DNA of 64,000 bases from Blepharisma stoltei ATCC 30299 (lineage: Eukaryota > Protista > Ciliophora), in contig CBFDEM010000043.1 of NCBI GenBank assembly GCA_965603825.1, forward strand, positions 548,204 through 612,203, read 5' to 3'. This document shows positions 45,592-57,679 of this stretch, in pieces. The stretch's first letter is position 1. Each line of letters opens with the position of its first letter. A program made the position numbers and the translations under genes. The notes beneath the pieces were generated by a model. That model was not told where the DNA came from and made no database searches. It was given only the letters and a program-made list of their open reading frames with translations.

Positions 45592-46068
45592 AGTTTATTG
45601 TGAAAAAGTTTTGGGATTTAATTGAGAGTTTGTGTTTAGATTTTATGAGGAGTATTTTGGATGAATAGTAAAAATTAAACTTTATTGGTTCCTCTAACGA
45701 GTGCTGCTAGTGCTGCTGCTATTTTTAAGATCTGCCAAAATGAAAGTAAACTAAATTATAAAATCTTAGTTTAATATAAAAAAATTAATATATTAGCAAT
45801 ATCTTTGTTTTGTACTGTGAAATAAATAAATTAAGAGAAATTTTCTTAGAAAATAGCAATGGCAGCTTTTAAATTATATTAAAACAAAATCAGATGTGGT
45901 ATTTAGCTGTAAATATTATAATTAGCATTAAAGTATTTGGCTGCTGAAGATGCTTTAAAATTTGTTTATTACGCTAACATGTGGGAGTAGTTTTCAAGCA
46001 AATCCTAATCTGCATTCAAAGCAGCAATAACATTAAAAATACCACCCTTTTAAAATTTGAATTTCTTG

Positions 46069-48249
46069 TTAATTAATATATATATCATTGGACTTAAATG
46101 TAGAAAGATAAGCTTCAGGGAACGATAAAAACCTTTCCCTTTTATGAGACGCTGCTAAATATCCTGCATCAGACCTTGGTGACAAAGACTGGTCACCTAA
46201 ATATCTGCTGCTGGTATCATCATCTGATTCATCGCTCTCATTATCTCCTAGCACATTCAAATAAGTCTGCCTCCTAGGAGTCATTTCAGTTCTTATCAAT
46301 TTGTCCGTTTCCCTTTGCACTTGCTTCCCAATCGTTGAGCTTTCCAAATGGGTTTTCACATGTCAAAGCATAGTTTCATTGCCCCCTCACAGCTCTTCAG
46401 GCGTTCTTATAGATCCGCTTGAGTTTAAAGGACTGCAAAACTTGCGGCTTTTCCGTTTTTTCCTTTTTAAGTTTATATGATGCTTTATATCAGCCAGTTT
46501 GAATATTTTTGACGTCATCCGCTTTTTTACCCATTTCTCTTTCATTCTGTTTTTATTTATCTTTTCGAAAATTTTCTCGCAGGTGATAGCTGTGTGTCCT
46601 AAAAGATTGCAGAGATAGCAGTATACGCCTAAAGGAGCGTATTTTGAGTTATCGTGGCTTTGGCATAAAGTTTGCAGCTGTAATGTCTTTTGGAACGCGT
46701 CAGGCTTCCTCTTGACAAGAATATCAAGCTGATCGCGGCTTAAAGAAATCATATCGCAGAAAGATACACATCTGATGCTGGCAGTTCGGACTTGTCGAGT
46801 AAAAAACCCAATTTCTCCAAAATATTTGCCTTCTGCAAGCTCTTTAAAGACAGTTCTGGTTTTTTCGTGGTAAACTTCAACTATGCCAGCAGTAATGAAA
46901 TAAATGACTGTTTCGTTTTCGCCTTCCTTAAAGAGCACATCCTCAGGGGCAAAATTTTTTAGCTGTAAAAGCTTGCTGATTTCGTTGATTAATTTAGTTC
47001 CATACAGCTGCTTAAAGATTGGGCACAAATGTAGCTCTTTCCCTCTGGTGACTCCGAGGATTTCTTCACGCAAAGGCGGTGAAAGCATTTTTAAGACTTC
47101 AAGCTCTTTCAACTCTGAGTTAGTTGTAAGGGATTTCATGTAATCCATATAAGTCCTTACTTTAAACTTAAGCAGACTTGGCAGCTTCTGTTTTCTCATA
47201 AAGATATTCAGATTGACGAGATATTCCATAAATTTAGCTTTCTCTTCATACCTATCAATCACATTTTGGCTGATCCTGCTTTCAATATATGAGAAAATCA
47301 GAACCCCAGTGCTCATTATGACGATGCAAAACTCTTTCTCAGAAATTGTGCAAGGAACATAGTCTCCGTATCCTATCGTAAATAAAGTGGTCGCTGCGAA
47401 ATAAAGTGCTTCAAAATAATATCCCAAAGTGTCTTTTGGGCCACGCACGTCTATTCATTTCGTTATCCAAGTTTGTGGGTAATGAAAAGAATCAAGTCAA
47501 GAAAGATAATACCAAGCACAAGCTGTGTAATGGTTTACCAGCGTAGCAACCAATACCAGCCTGAAAAACTTGAAAAATTCACTGATTTTAGGATCCATTG
47601 TGCAGGTTGCAGCATGGTTCAGGATTCCTTGCAGTTTGAAGTAGCGGCCTAACTGTATAATTTTGGTATAGGTAAAAAGCCTGCTAGTGTTTAGTGCGTC
47701 TAGACTAGTAGAATCGTCATTCGCCGCCAATTTTCCGGCCAGTATGTAATCAAACGGAAAGCAAGCAACCATATCATAGGCAAATCATGTCTTAAGATAT
47801 TTAATAGCAATATCTTTTCTAGTGCACACTAGATGTCCTTTTTCATAATATGCGGTGTTAAATTGTAATACAATTTCAAAATAAAATAAAAAATTCAATA
47901 TTTCATTAGTTTTTCTCCAAGAAGTAAACTCAGGATCTTCAAAATACATAAGAAAAGGAATTGTGATAAGTTGCATTATAATTAAAAGACCATGAAAAGA
48001 GTCAAATATAATTTTTAAAGTGCTTTCTGGATTCAAAACCATTGAGGGCTGCTTTTTGAGACTTCCAAGGTAGTTGAGGATTAAATTTGATCCTCTTCTT
48101 GTGTTTTGCCGGATTGGGAACCAATTTCCATTCCCACTGCTCTCTTCTTTTTTTGTCACTTCGTGGTTTTTTTGGTAGGTGATTCAATAATCGATCAGAG
48201 AAGTATCAGAGTACCTTCTTTTATTGATTCTTTTCTTCAGCTCATTCAT
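46069..48249 (-). CDS. Cyclic-nucleotide-binding-domain K+ channel (KCNH/CNBD type), 726 aa
   Basis: Six TGA=Trp join four ORFs. Motifs QFNTAYYEKG, KYLKT-W-FAYDMVACFP, pore TTLFTIGYGD, C-linker and CNBD YFGEIGFF..RTAS. Confidence 0.92.
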
Positions 48250-49707
48250 TTATTGATATAACTCGCTCTGCTTATAAAAACTTGCAAGAAGGCTAAGTAT
48301 TAGTATTTATATTAAATTCGCAATACAGATGCTTCTATATGCAATTTATGAAAAAAAAAGTAAAATTAAATATTAATTTTTATTGTAGACAAGTTAAAAG
48401 TATTTACTAGTCAATGCTGTGAAAGAATTTGACCAAAAGGTAAGATGCTTAAACCTCTAAATTTTGTCAAATCATTGAATTTGATAAATCCAAAATTATC
48501 AACTAATGATGGTTTCTGTTGAGGGAAATAATAGTTTTATTCCATTTTGAAGAAAACCTATTTCTTAATAAAATTATTATTCTAATCTATATTTAAAAAC
48601 AATTGTTTAATTTAAATGGGGTGGAAAATATAAATTTTACCTATGTTTATATACAATTTAAAAGTCTAGAAGTAAGAGATAAATCATGGCAACAGCATAT
48701 CAGAATTGTTGGCTAAATATCTATCAAATTTTAAGTAACTTGCTATTAATTAATTTTAATTTCTAAAACTACTTGCTATATATTTAACTTAAGTAAATAG
48801 GGTCAAAAAGTTGTTATTTTAACAAATAAATTTTGGTATTATTTAATCAATTTTAAGCACGTTTATTAAATTTTATCCATTTCTGGTTTTTAAATAATTA
48901 TTAAGTTTAGCTTTGATTTATGGAAAAAATTTAACCAAAATGAACCAAATTAACAATTAAAAAGTTATAAAAATTTGGAGGACTATATATGGATAAACGG
49001 AGACCATATTGATCTCTTTGTATAAAATATATCTGCTATTAATGAAAGTCAATTTTGTATGATTGTATTGCTAGGAATTTTCTCCTTTCATCGATTAAAT
49101 GAAATCATTCTCTCTTGCTTGTTTATTTCTCAGCAGATAATTATTTTATAGCTTATTAATTGATATTGATTGCAAAGCTTTATAAAGTAATGTGTTTATA
49201 TAATTAATATAAAGAATTAAGATGCTATCATTAAAAATACTATTTTTATGAATTCGGATATTTCTCATATCCATTAGTAATTAAATGCACTATAAACTGA
49301 AGGCTAAATAAAGGAGTTGAAGATGATTTCTTTCAGAAATGATGCACACTTTTGGCATTTAATTGCTGATAATTATCTTGTATGAAATTTTAATACATTT
49401 TTAATAATAATTGCTTGAATTGTTTCTGGGGTAAACTACCCAACTTTCTTATGTGACAATTTTTTAAAATTAAATAAATATTTTTCTGTTTATAGATCTA
49501 ATTTGCAATGTTCTGTATGCAATTGCGTAAATCTACTTATAAATGCTTGATCAAGGCAAAGTTTCAATCGAACTTAAACATTTATAATTACTATATTAAG
49601 ATATTAAAAATTCACAATAAATTTAAAAAATTGATTAATTCTAAGTAATTCGTCTCTCTAATAAAAATCTTGGGAAATAAACTATAACTCTTTGAAATTT
49701 ATAATAA

Positions 49708-51954
49708 ATGTCTGCCAATACCGGGATTGAAAATTTTGAAGTCCGTGGAGATATCCCGCAAGCTCGATTTGGTAAATCCTAATCAGGTCATACAATTACT
49801 TTAATCACTAAATCTAAAGCAATCTTATTTGGAGGTGCAACTGGAGATACAGGAAAATATTCCATCACTGGCGATACTTATTGCCTAGATCTCGCCACAC
49901 GAGTTTGGACCAAGCTAGATCCAAGCGGCTCAGCTCCTTCTCCGCGCGCTGCTCATGCTTCCTCAATGGTGGAGAACATGCAGCTTGTGGTCTACGGGGG
50001 TGCAACAGGCGGCGGAAGTCTTGCAAGCGACGATTTGTATCTACTCGATCTTCGAAATGGCGAGTCTGCGGCAAGCTGGATGATAGTCCCAGTCATAGGA
50101 ACTACCCCAGGGCGGCGATACGGCCACACTTTACTATTCTCCAAGCCTCATTTACTTGTATTTGCAGGGAATACCGGCTCAGAAACAGTAAATGACGTAT
50201 GGTGCCTCAATGTCGAGCGGTCTCCTTTCTCATGGTCAAAAATTGAGGTAAGTGGTGACCAACCGCCTACCAGGGTTTACCACTCTGCTGCTTTATGCTC
50301 GACTGGTTCTGCATCAGGGATGATGGTTACCTTTGGAGGTAGGACAGGTGACCAAAGTGCATTAAATGACTCTTGGGGCCTTCGGCGTCATCGTGACGGG
50401 CGTTGGGACTGGGTCCGCGCTCCTTACAAGCCAGGCGGAATTCTTCCAACCCCAAGGTACCAGCACACCTCAATATTTTTGGACTCAGCTATGATTGTAA
50501 TTGGAGGGAGGACAAATACAGTGGGTGAGAGCGTTCCTCTCGAAGTATACGATACTGATAGTTCTGAATGGTATCGCTTCCCTTCAATACTGAGATTCAG
50601 ACATTCTTGCATAAGCCTAGACGCTTTATTGTACATCCACGGCGGTTTTGAGCATGACACTCCAAATATCCCTACCTCAGTGATTACAAAAGTGGACACT
50701 TTGAAGCTTTTTAATGGGCATGATAACTTGGTCCCAAGGAATTTGGAAAGAAATTCACCAAAGCCTCAAGAGCCAAGACCTCTGCCACCTGCACCTGTTG
50801 ACACTGAACAAGCGAAGACGAGGACGGGGTCAATTCCGATAGTGACTAACAATGCAGAGCGTGGAAACCCTTTGCATAATATATTTATCAATCATTTACT
50901 AAGGCCAAGCGAGTGAAATACACCTGCTAATGCAAGATTTAGCTTTAGAAGGGAGCATATTTTGGCCTTGGCTGAAGAGTGTGAAAATATTATCAAAAAT
51001 CAGCCTATGGTGCTTAGACTGAGAGCGCCCATAAAAGTCTTCGGAGATGTGCATGGGCAATACGCAGATTTGATGAGATTTTTTGACTTGTATGGATGTC
51101 CTTCTGAGAAGAAAAAAGATGGCGGCGATTTAGACGGCTTTGATTATTTATTTATTGGAGATTTTGTTGATAGAGGCTCACATTCGTTAGAAACTATATG
51201 TCTGTTGATGGCACTTAAATGCAAAAACCCTGACCAAATTCATATGATAAGAGGAAATCACGAAGACAAATGGATAAATAACGCCTTTGGCTTTGCTGAC
51301 GAGTGCCAAATCCGTATAGGAGAAGACCCAAATGACCCTAAAAGCATATTCGCTAGAATAAACAGGCTTTTTGAGTACTTGCCTTTAGCTGCAGTCATAG
51401 AAGATAAAGTTATTTGCTTGCATGGCGGAATTGGAAGCACTCTACGAACCATCGACCAAATAGAAAACTTGCCAAGGCCACTAGAAGTTGTCCATGAGGT
51501 CACCAACGAGCAGCAACAATTAGTTGTAGACATCCTCTGAAGCGACCCTACAGACTCAGACCAAGAACTCGGTATCCAAGCTAACGTCATCAGAGACCCT
51601 AACGGCACTGGAAATATTGTAAAATTCGGCCCTGATATCGTCAAGGAGTTTTTAAGCAACAATGGCCTGTCAAAAATTATTAGAGCTCATGAGTGCGTCA
51701 TGGATGGGTTCGAAAGGTTTGCCGGAGGCGATTTGATCACAGTCTTTTCAGCGACTGACTATTGTGGAAGGCATAAAAACGCAGGCGCTGTGTTATTTTT
51801 CAAAAAGAATTTTGAAATTAAGCCGAAATTAATTTACCCTGTAGATAATCCATATGGATCAAACTGGATTGAAAGTGAAGACGCACTGAGAAAGAGACCA
51901 CCAACACCTCCTAGGTGGAGAAATAATGAGCCAAGAAGAGTTTCTTATGACTAA
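49708..51954 (+). CDS. PPKL: Kelch-repeat Ser/Thr protein phosphatase (PPKL/BSU1 family), 743 aa, one intron
   Basis: Kelch repeats ([34 protein letters not shown]), then PPP motifs GDVHGQ, GDFVDRG, RGNHE, DIL-W(TGA)-SDP, RAHE and FSATDYCG. Confidence 0.95.
49772..49786 (+). other. 15-nt spliceosomal intron
   Basis: GTAAATCCTAATCAG; removal restores ARFGHT and deletes an in-frame TAA. Confidence 0.92.
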
Positions 51955-52000
51955 ATAATCACTGATATAGCTTATTAAGAGACCTAATAATCTTATTTTC

Positions 52001-53164
52001 TTAATTTAACGCCAAGCCTAATAAAAAGGTGATTCCTGCAATACTCACTGCAAAGTCCTCGTTATCCGCATCATAGTTATCCCTTGCTTTTGCATAAAAC
52101 GATGTAACTGTGTCTACAACACAGTCCTCACTCTGATAAATCTTAGGATATAGCTCTTTAACAAACTCGTAATACACATATCTATTAAACTGCTTAGCGT
52201 CCATATAGCTTTTCATACAGTTAGTTTGGTCTCGACGGAGAGTGTTGCATTTTAATATCCCTGTGCTGTTCAACCACATGACAACTGTATTTATATAAGC
52301 CTGGTAAAGTCCATCTCCAGGAAATAGGGCACAATAAGACAATCCTTCTCTATTGTACCCACATTCGCAGTCTGAGATAAGCTGAAATGCAGGGGTAAAA
52401 AATTCGTCCTCAGTAGACACACACTGGCCTGTTTTTGTGAGGTCACATGGTTTTGGAACATTGTAGTCAGAGAAAACCTGGTCTGTGCAATAAAACCCGC
52501 CTAGATGAGCCGCACATGTTACTTGCCGGCAAAGGTTGCTAACCCCGTTGACACAGCCACCTACAGGCTGGTGAGGCTGAATTGAGAAGGCAGGGAGACA
52601 TGCGTTTAAGGCACCGTTTGTATTTGAAGTTATGTTGCAGGCTGCATCATTGGTACAGTCTGCGTCAGAAAGACAGCCAGTTGAGCCTACTTGGATTTGT
52701 GCTTGGCATGTAAGTGGAGAGCCTCTGCAAGAGTTTCCAGGCTGGCAATAATTGGAATCTTCGCAAGTTGCGCTAACAGGATATCCAACACAGATGCCTC
52801 CTGTGCAGGCTTTAGAATAAGTTTGCTCGCAGTCAGTGATAGTTGTGCAGGGTTCTCCAGGCCAGCTGAGACCATTTGAAGAGATGTATGGCTGGCATGT
52901 GTAGTTTCCTGGGTGTTCTCCTTCAAGAAGACAAGCTTTAGAGGTGTCTGAGCATTTTTTAGAAAAATAAGCGTTGAGGTCTCTATCATAGTAGACACAA
53001 GTGTCATTTATGAATTTTTGATCAGCATTCTTGCATGTGTAGGCTGCGCAGGTAAGATTTGATGCTGAAATTTCTAATGATAACTCGATTGCATCGGCAG
53101 ATCTGTATCTTTCTGTTGCACAAAAGATGACAAGAAAGAGAAATATCCGACGGGTTATATTCAT
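52001..53164 (-). CDS. Cys-rich secreted/surface protein, probable GPI anchor, 387 aa
   Basis: Signal peptide, periodic Cys, CECGYNREGLSYC and hydrophobic C-terminus FAVSIAGITFLLGLALN. Confidence 0.85.
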   Translation of the reverse strand: MNITRRIFLFLVIFCATERYRSADAIELSLEISASNLTCAAYTCKNADQKFINDTCVYYDRDLNAYFSKKCSDTSKACLLEGEHPGNYTCQPYISSNGLSWPGEPCTTITDCEQTYSKACTGGICVGYPVSATCEDSNYCQPGNSCRGSPLTCQAQIQVGSTGCLSDADCTNDAACNITSNTNGALNACLPAFSIQPHQPVGGCVNGVSNLCRQVTCAAHLGGFYCTDQVFSDYNVPKPCDLTKTGQCVSTEDEFFTPAFQLISDCECGYNREGLSYCALFPGDGLYQAYINTVVMWLNSTGILKCNTLRRDQTNCMKSYMDAKQFNRYVYYEFVKELYPKIYQSEDCVVDTVTSFYAKARDNYDADNEDFAVSIAGITFLLGLALN

Positions 53165-53331
53165 AATTATATTTTATACTCTATCAAAACTACTAGAAAA
53201 CTTCATAATAAGAATTAAGAGATTAATTTTAAAGTGTCAAGATAAAGACATTGACTTTATAATTTAACTTGAGTAGATATAAGAGAGATGTTAATAAATT
53301 ACATAAATATTTAAATTATATAAGAATTAAA

Positions 53332-55683
53332 TTAGCTAGAAATTTCTTTAAATAATGCTGGAAGATCTGTAGTCAAATAAAGATCATGATACTTGTCATC
53401 AAAAGCCTTTAAAAGCACCTTAACGAAATCTTGGACTATTTTAACCCCGCTCTCAAAGTACAAAAATCTTAGCAAGCCCATTGAAGCTTGCACACAGTCT
53501 TCTTCTTGGCTTGTTGAGAACACCAGATTCAAAGCTTTTAATAAAATATCCCTTGAGCTCACAATTGTAGTATCGTACAGTCCTTGCACAGTCAAGAACT
53601 TTTTCAATATTTCCATGGCTTTGTAGCACAAATCCACATCACAGAGAGCTACACAGATATATTCCTGCAGCTTATGATAAACCTCGATCCAAGTGTCAAA
53701 TTCTTCAGAAATTGTAGGCTTTACACAAGCTAGTAAAATGTCTGCATGGCTTTCATCCAAATTTTCCAGCTCCTTTGATTTTACATAGTTTGCTAAACTT
53801 AATGCTACAGCAGGAGAGCTCCATAATAGTGGACAGCCACCCATTTTGTATCTCTGAGTATTAGATCCTAACACAAACATGCCTTCTTCCATAAGAGTTT
53901 GGGTTTGGGTTTCTGTTGGAGACTCCAGCAGAGCTTTCCTTATGTCGCTTGGCATTTCTAATAAGCATTCCACATACCGGTCAGATAGTGATGGATGCTT
54001 GTGGAGGGCTGGGGCGATATAAACAAGCCCTATTCTTAGGATATTTTTGGTAGCTTTTGGATAAAATGACTTAAAAATAACTTCTTTAAGCCCATGAATG
54101 GCTTCTTGGGTATGGATTTCTTCAGAGGGATCGACCATTGATAATAAAGTTCCAGCACATTGTATAGCTTGGGCTCTGACTTCCCACCACTTGTCATCTG
54201 CAAGAGCCTTTAATTGAGGTACAACATTGAGAATTGGGACATGATTTAATGTCGCAATTTGCGAAAAAATAGCCAATGCAGCTGTTCTTACAAATGGAGA
54301 TGAATGCTCTAAGCCTAGCAAGCCATAATAAATAAAAATATCATGAAGCTCGTCATTATATTCTTTATCATACTTCACTAAAATTGCCAAGCATTTAATC
54401 AGTTCATGATACCCAGATAGTGTTTCGCTTAGCTTCTGTATAGCTTTCATCCTAAAAGCAGGCTCTGGGACTATAAAGGAATAAAACAAGTGGCATAAAA
54501 CTTCTCGCTTGCCTGGGTTGCTAGTCATTAGGCTTGATATTTTGCTCAATAAGTACTTAAAAAAGATCCTTTCCGTGACATTAGGGTCTGTTAGACTCAT
54601 TTTTTCACCAATTAAGCTGAGAGCTTCCATTAAATGCAAAAAATGGTCTGAATTTACATTTAGCCTTTCTATAGGTGGAAACATAAGAGAAACCAGACAC
54701 CAGAATTCATGATGGTTTTTAAGTACAAGGTCAACAATTGCGTTGATTCTCTTTTTTATGTACTCGAAATAAGCACTTGTTAAATCATTACTGAAGGTTT
54801 CCATGTTCTTAAAAAAGTATTTCCCATAGTTCCCTGCTTGGTTTTCGAAGCCAAACTCAGCAGGAGATTTTGCTAGATAATTAAGAGCGTCAGACATGAC
54901 TTCTGCTGACAATTCATTTATAGAGCGGGCTACAGTAACTGTTTGCTCATGCATTGTAGGGAATCGTGATGGAGAAGTTTCTGTAGGCTTCACAGAGCCG
55001 CTGACACTGAGTTCTAAGCTTTTTTGGACGCTTTGGCCTTTGCTTGCCCGGATTTGAACCAGATTTCTTTCAACAGGCTTGATTTCGACATCTCGAATTT
55101 CAATACCTTGGAGAAGCCTATTCTGGGACTTTTCCAATACTTTTGAGCTGCCTCTTGGCATTTTTCTAAGAGTCACCTTGACTTCTCCAATAGTAGTTTT
55201 TACCTCTTCAGGCTCCTCTTCAATTAGTAGCTGATTCATCTTTCCTGTTTGGTTTTTCTCAATAGCTTGCTGCATTTCGCTGTCTTTTAAAAGCACCGCA
55301 TGGGTTGCGCCTTCTTTTGGATGCTGCGTCGGCTTGATTGGAGGCTCTTCAAGGGGTTTACCTGTTAAGAATTGATAGACTTTGTTAAGCAGCGAAATGT
55401 AGGCATCTGGGGACGCGTAGATTACAGGCTCCCAGTCCTTTTTGTAAATTGGGATATTTCGCTTGCGGAAGAAGTTTTCGAGCAAAGTCCAATTACTGAG
55501 TTTTTTGGCAATGTTTAGGCCTGTGTCGTAGGAATGCATTTCGATGTCATTTGAGTATTCTTCATAGCGAGAAAAAATTTCTGCAATAAGGAAGCCGTTT
55601 TGAAAGTCGCGCTTGGGGTTTTTGACTGAATATGCCAGATCTAAGCTGTGGATTCACTTGAGAACTTCTCGGGGTAAGCTCAT
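53332..55683 (-). CDS. SPATA4: SPATA4-like CH-domain protein with ARM/HEAT-like C-terminal region, 783 aa
   Basis: The frame extends to ATG 55683: MSLPREVLK-W(TGA)-IHSLDLAYSVKNPKRDFQNGFLIAEIFSRY...MHSYDTG....KLSNW. Confidence 0.85.
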
Positions 55684-55929
55684 ATTTTATATAAAACTGC
55701 CATTTAATCAATTGAAACATTTATCACTATATAATTTAAGCATAAAGCTGATGGGAAATTATATTAATCATGATTATCCCAATTTTTTATTGTATTTATT
55801 CATAAATATTGAAAAACGTCACAATTTTTATGTTAATAATAGATTTCAGCATTCTTTATTAATTTTGGATACTATATTTCTTTTTCCAAATCTTTATTAA
55901 TTAAATTTATAACAAAACCTCAAATTCGA

Positions 55930-56759
55930 ATGGAAAATCTAGATAAAGAATTCAAAGAAATAATCATCGGTATTTTTTAAGAAGAAATTGAAAAGCTCTG
56001 CATTAAGCTACCAAAATACCAGAGAATCAGAATCCAAGAGTGAGTAAACTATATGGCAGATTGATAAGCTTTCTGAAGTCACAACTAACCCAGCATGAAA
56101 GAAAAATCGAAACACTCATGCAGAAGTATTGCTGGAAATGATAAATAATGAAAATCTGCAAGCACCTTTCAACGTTGGACCTCCAGATGGCCCTCTTCCT
56201 GTACTTAATCGATACCTTGTAAAATCTAGCTTAGCTTGATCCTCTACACAAAAAGCAAAAACATAATTGAAATGAAAGGCCAGATTTAGGTGCTATAAAA
56301 CAGCGAAAAATCCCCAAAAGCTCACGCAGCACTACAGATTTGATAAAAAAAGGTAGAATTTTAGGTGAAAATTTCTTTATTGAAGAACTAAAGGAAAAAG
56401 AAAGAATTATAAAAGAGCAAGCTAATGAAATAGACAGACTGCAGAGAGAAAATTTCTCTCTTAAACAGAGATTGAATGGAGATTCACAGAAGAAGCCTTT
56501 AAAAGCTGATAGAAATATTTTTGATTATTTAGATACTTTACAAAAGGAAACAGTATTGTAAATTTAGAATAAATTGGCACAAGAGACTGAGGAGATGTTC
56601 TTAAAGCTTTCATTTGGGACTGATTTTAAACCAAAAAGTGACAGTAAAGCAGGTGAAGACTCTATTGAAGGATTTTCAACGAAATCAAAGCTGAAGCATT
56701 CATTTATAAGTTCAGGGAATGAGAGCTTACAAAGCTCAGAAGACTCTAAACAGTTTTAA
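55930..56759 (+). CDS. DUF4485 (CEP112 N-terminal-like) domain plus coiled-coil protein, 255 aa, four introns
   Basis: The spliced frame reads LDKEF...QRIRIQE-W-IDKL...W-KKNRNTHAEVLLEM...LQAPFNVGPPDGPLP. Length minus introns is 830-62=768 nt, a whole number of codons. Confidence 0.82.
55970..55984 (+). other. 15-nt intron with AAG acceptor
   Basis: GTATTTTTTAAGAAG; A at position 10; removes an in-frame TAA inside the domain. Confidence 0.75.
56044..56059 (+). other. 16-nt intron
   Basis: GTAAACTATATGGCAG; needed to restore W-IDKL. Confidence 0.85.
56219..56234 (+). other. 16-nt intron
   Basis: GTAAAATCTAGCTTAG; shifts the frame into the downstream coiled-coil ORF. Confidence 0.75.
56553..56567 (+). 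other. 15-nt intron
   Basis: GTATTGTAAATTTAG; removes an in-frame TAA. Confidence 0.8.
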
Positions 56760-57679
56760 GAAGTTTTTTTGGCTATAATTAAGATGAAAATTATAAGAAG
56801 ATAAATTAAGAAATATGGGTTAAATGAACTAAAAAAATCAGCTAAAATAAGTTGAAAATTTTATAATACTCTTTTTTTAACAAAACATAAACCATGAGCA
56901 GCTTGAATATATATTTTGAATGAAATTAAATGTATTATTTTAATTTTTAACAAGAAATTTTCTTTCTTTATCCATAGAAAATAGCTGAAATCCCTTTTAA
57001 AGTATAAAAGGCTGATGAAGAATATTGTCTGTTTCAAAAAAACTCTTTAAAGAATTTTTAACTTTTGGCATTGAGATCAAAGCAATACTAAACTAAATAA
57101 TGCTTAAGAGAAGTTTAGAGGCAGATTTATTGCATAAGCTGAAAAGGAAGATGCAAGATACCTTAATATATGATAATATACTCCATATATAATTTTCTGT
57201 TACAAATTTCATTAAGCAGCGCTCTAGACTTCGGAATTAGAATTTAGATCCAGGATTTCATTATCAACATAGTGATAGAAAATACAGACTAGAAAATTTT
57301 CAAAGGATTTTCTGATTAGCAACTTTAGATTTTTAATTTTATATTTAATATATTGTTTTAGCCTAAAGATCTGCGTGCACCTCAGATGAGCATCAGCATG
57401 AGAAAATCTAATAATATAAATCAAAACTGCTACAATAAAATAAATTGCATTATAAAATGGCTTTTCTTCTCTCAGCAGCAACTGTTACAACTTATTTTTT
57501 CCTAAATACTAACTACCGACTTTCTAAAATCAGGAAGATAATTCAATTTATTATTTATAATCCCGTTTTCATGCAGAATCGTTGCTATCTTCCTATCAAA
57601 ATTGTAGTTAAAAAAGGGCAATCTGTTACAAAAAATAACATGGATTTTGGCTGAAGAGAATTTTTGTCCTATAATAAAT

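Noticed and set aside
48260-49700. 1.4-kb AT-rich gap as a hidden gene or ncRNA
   Set aside because: No sustained frame or structure was visible; it is most simply a divergent promoter region.
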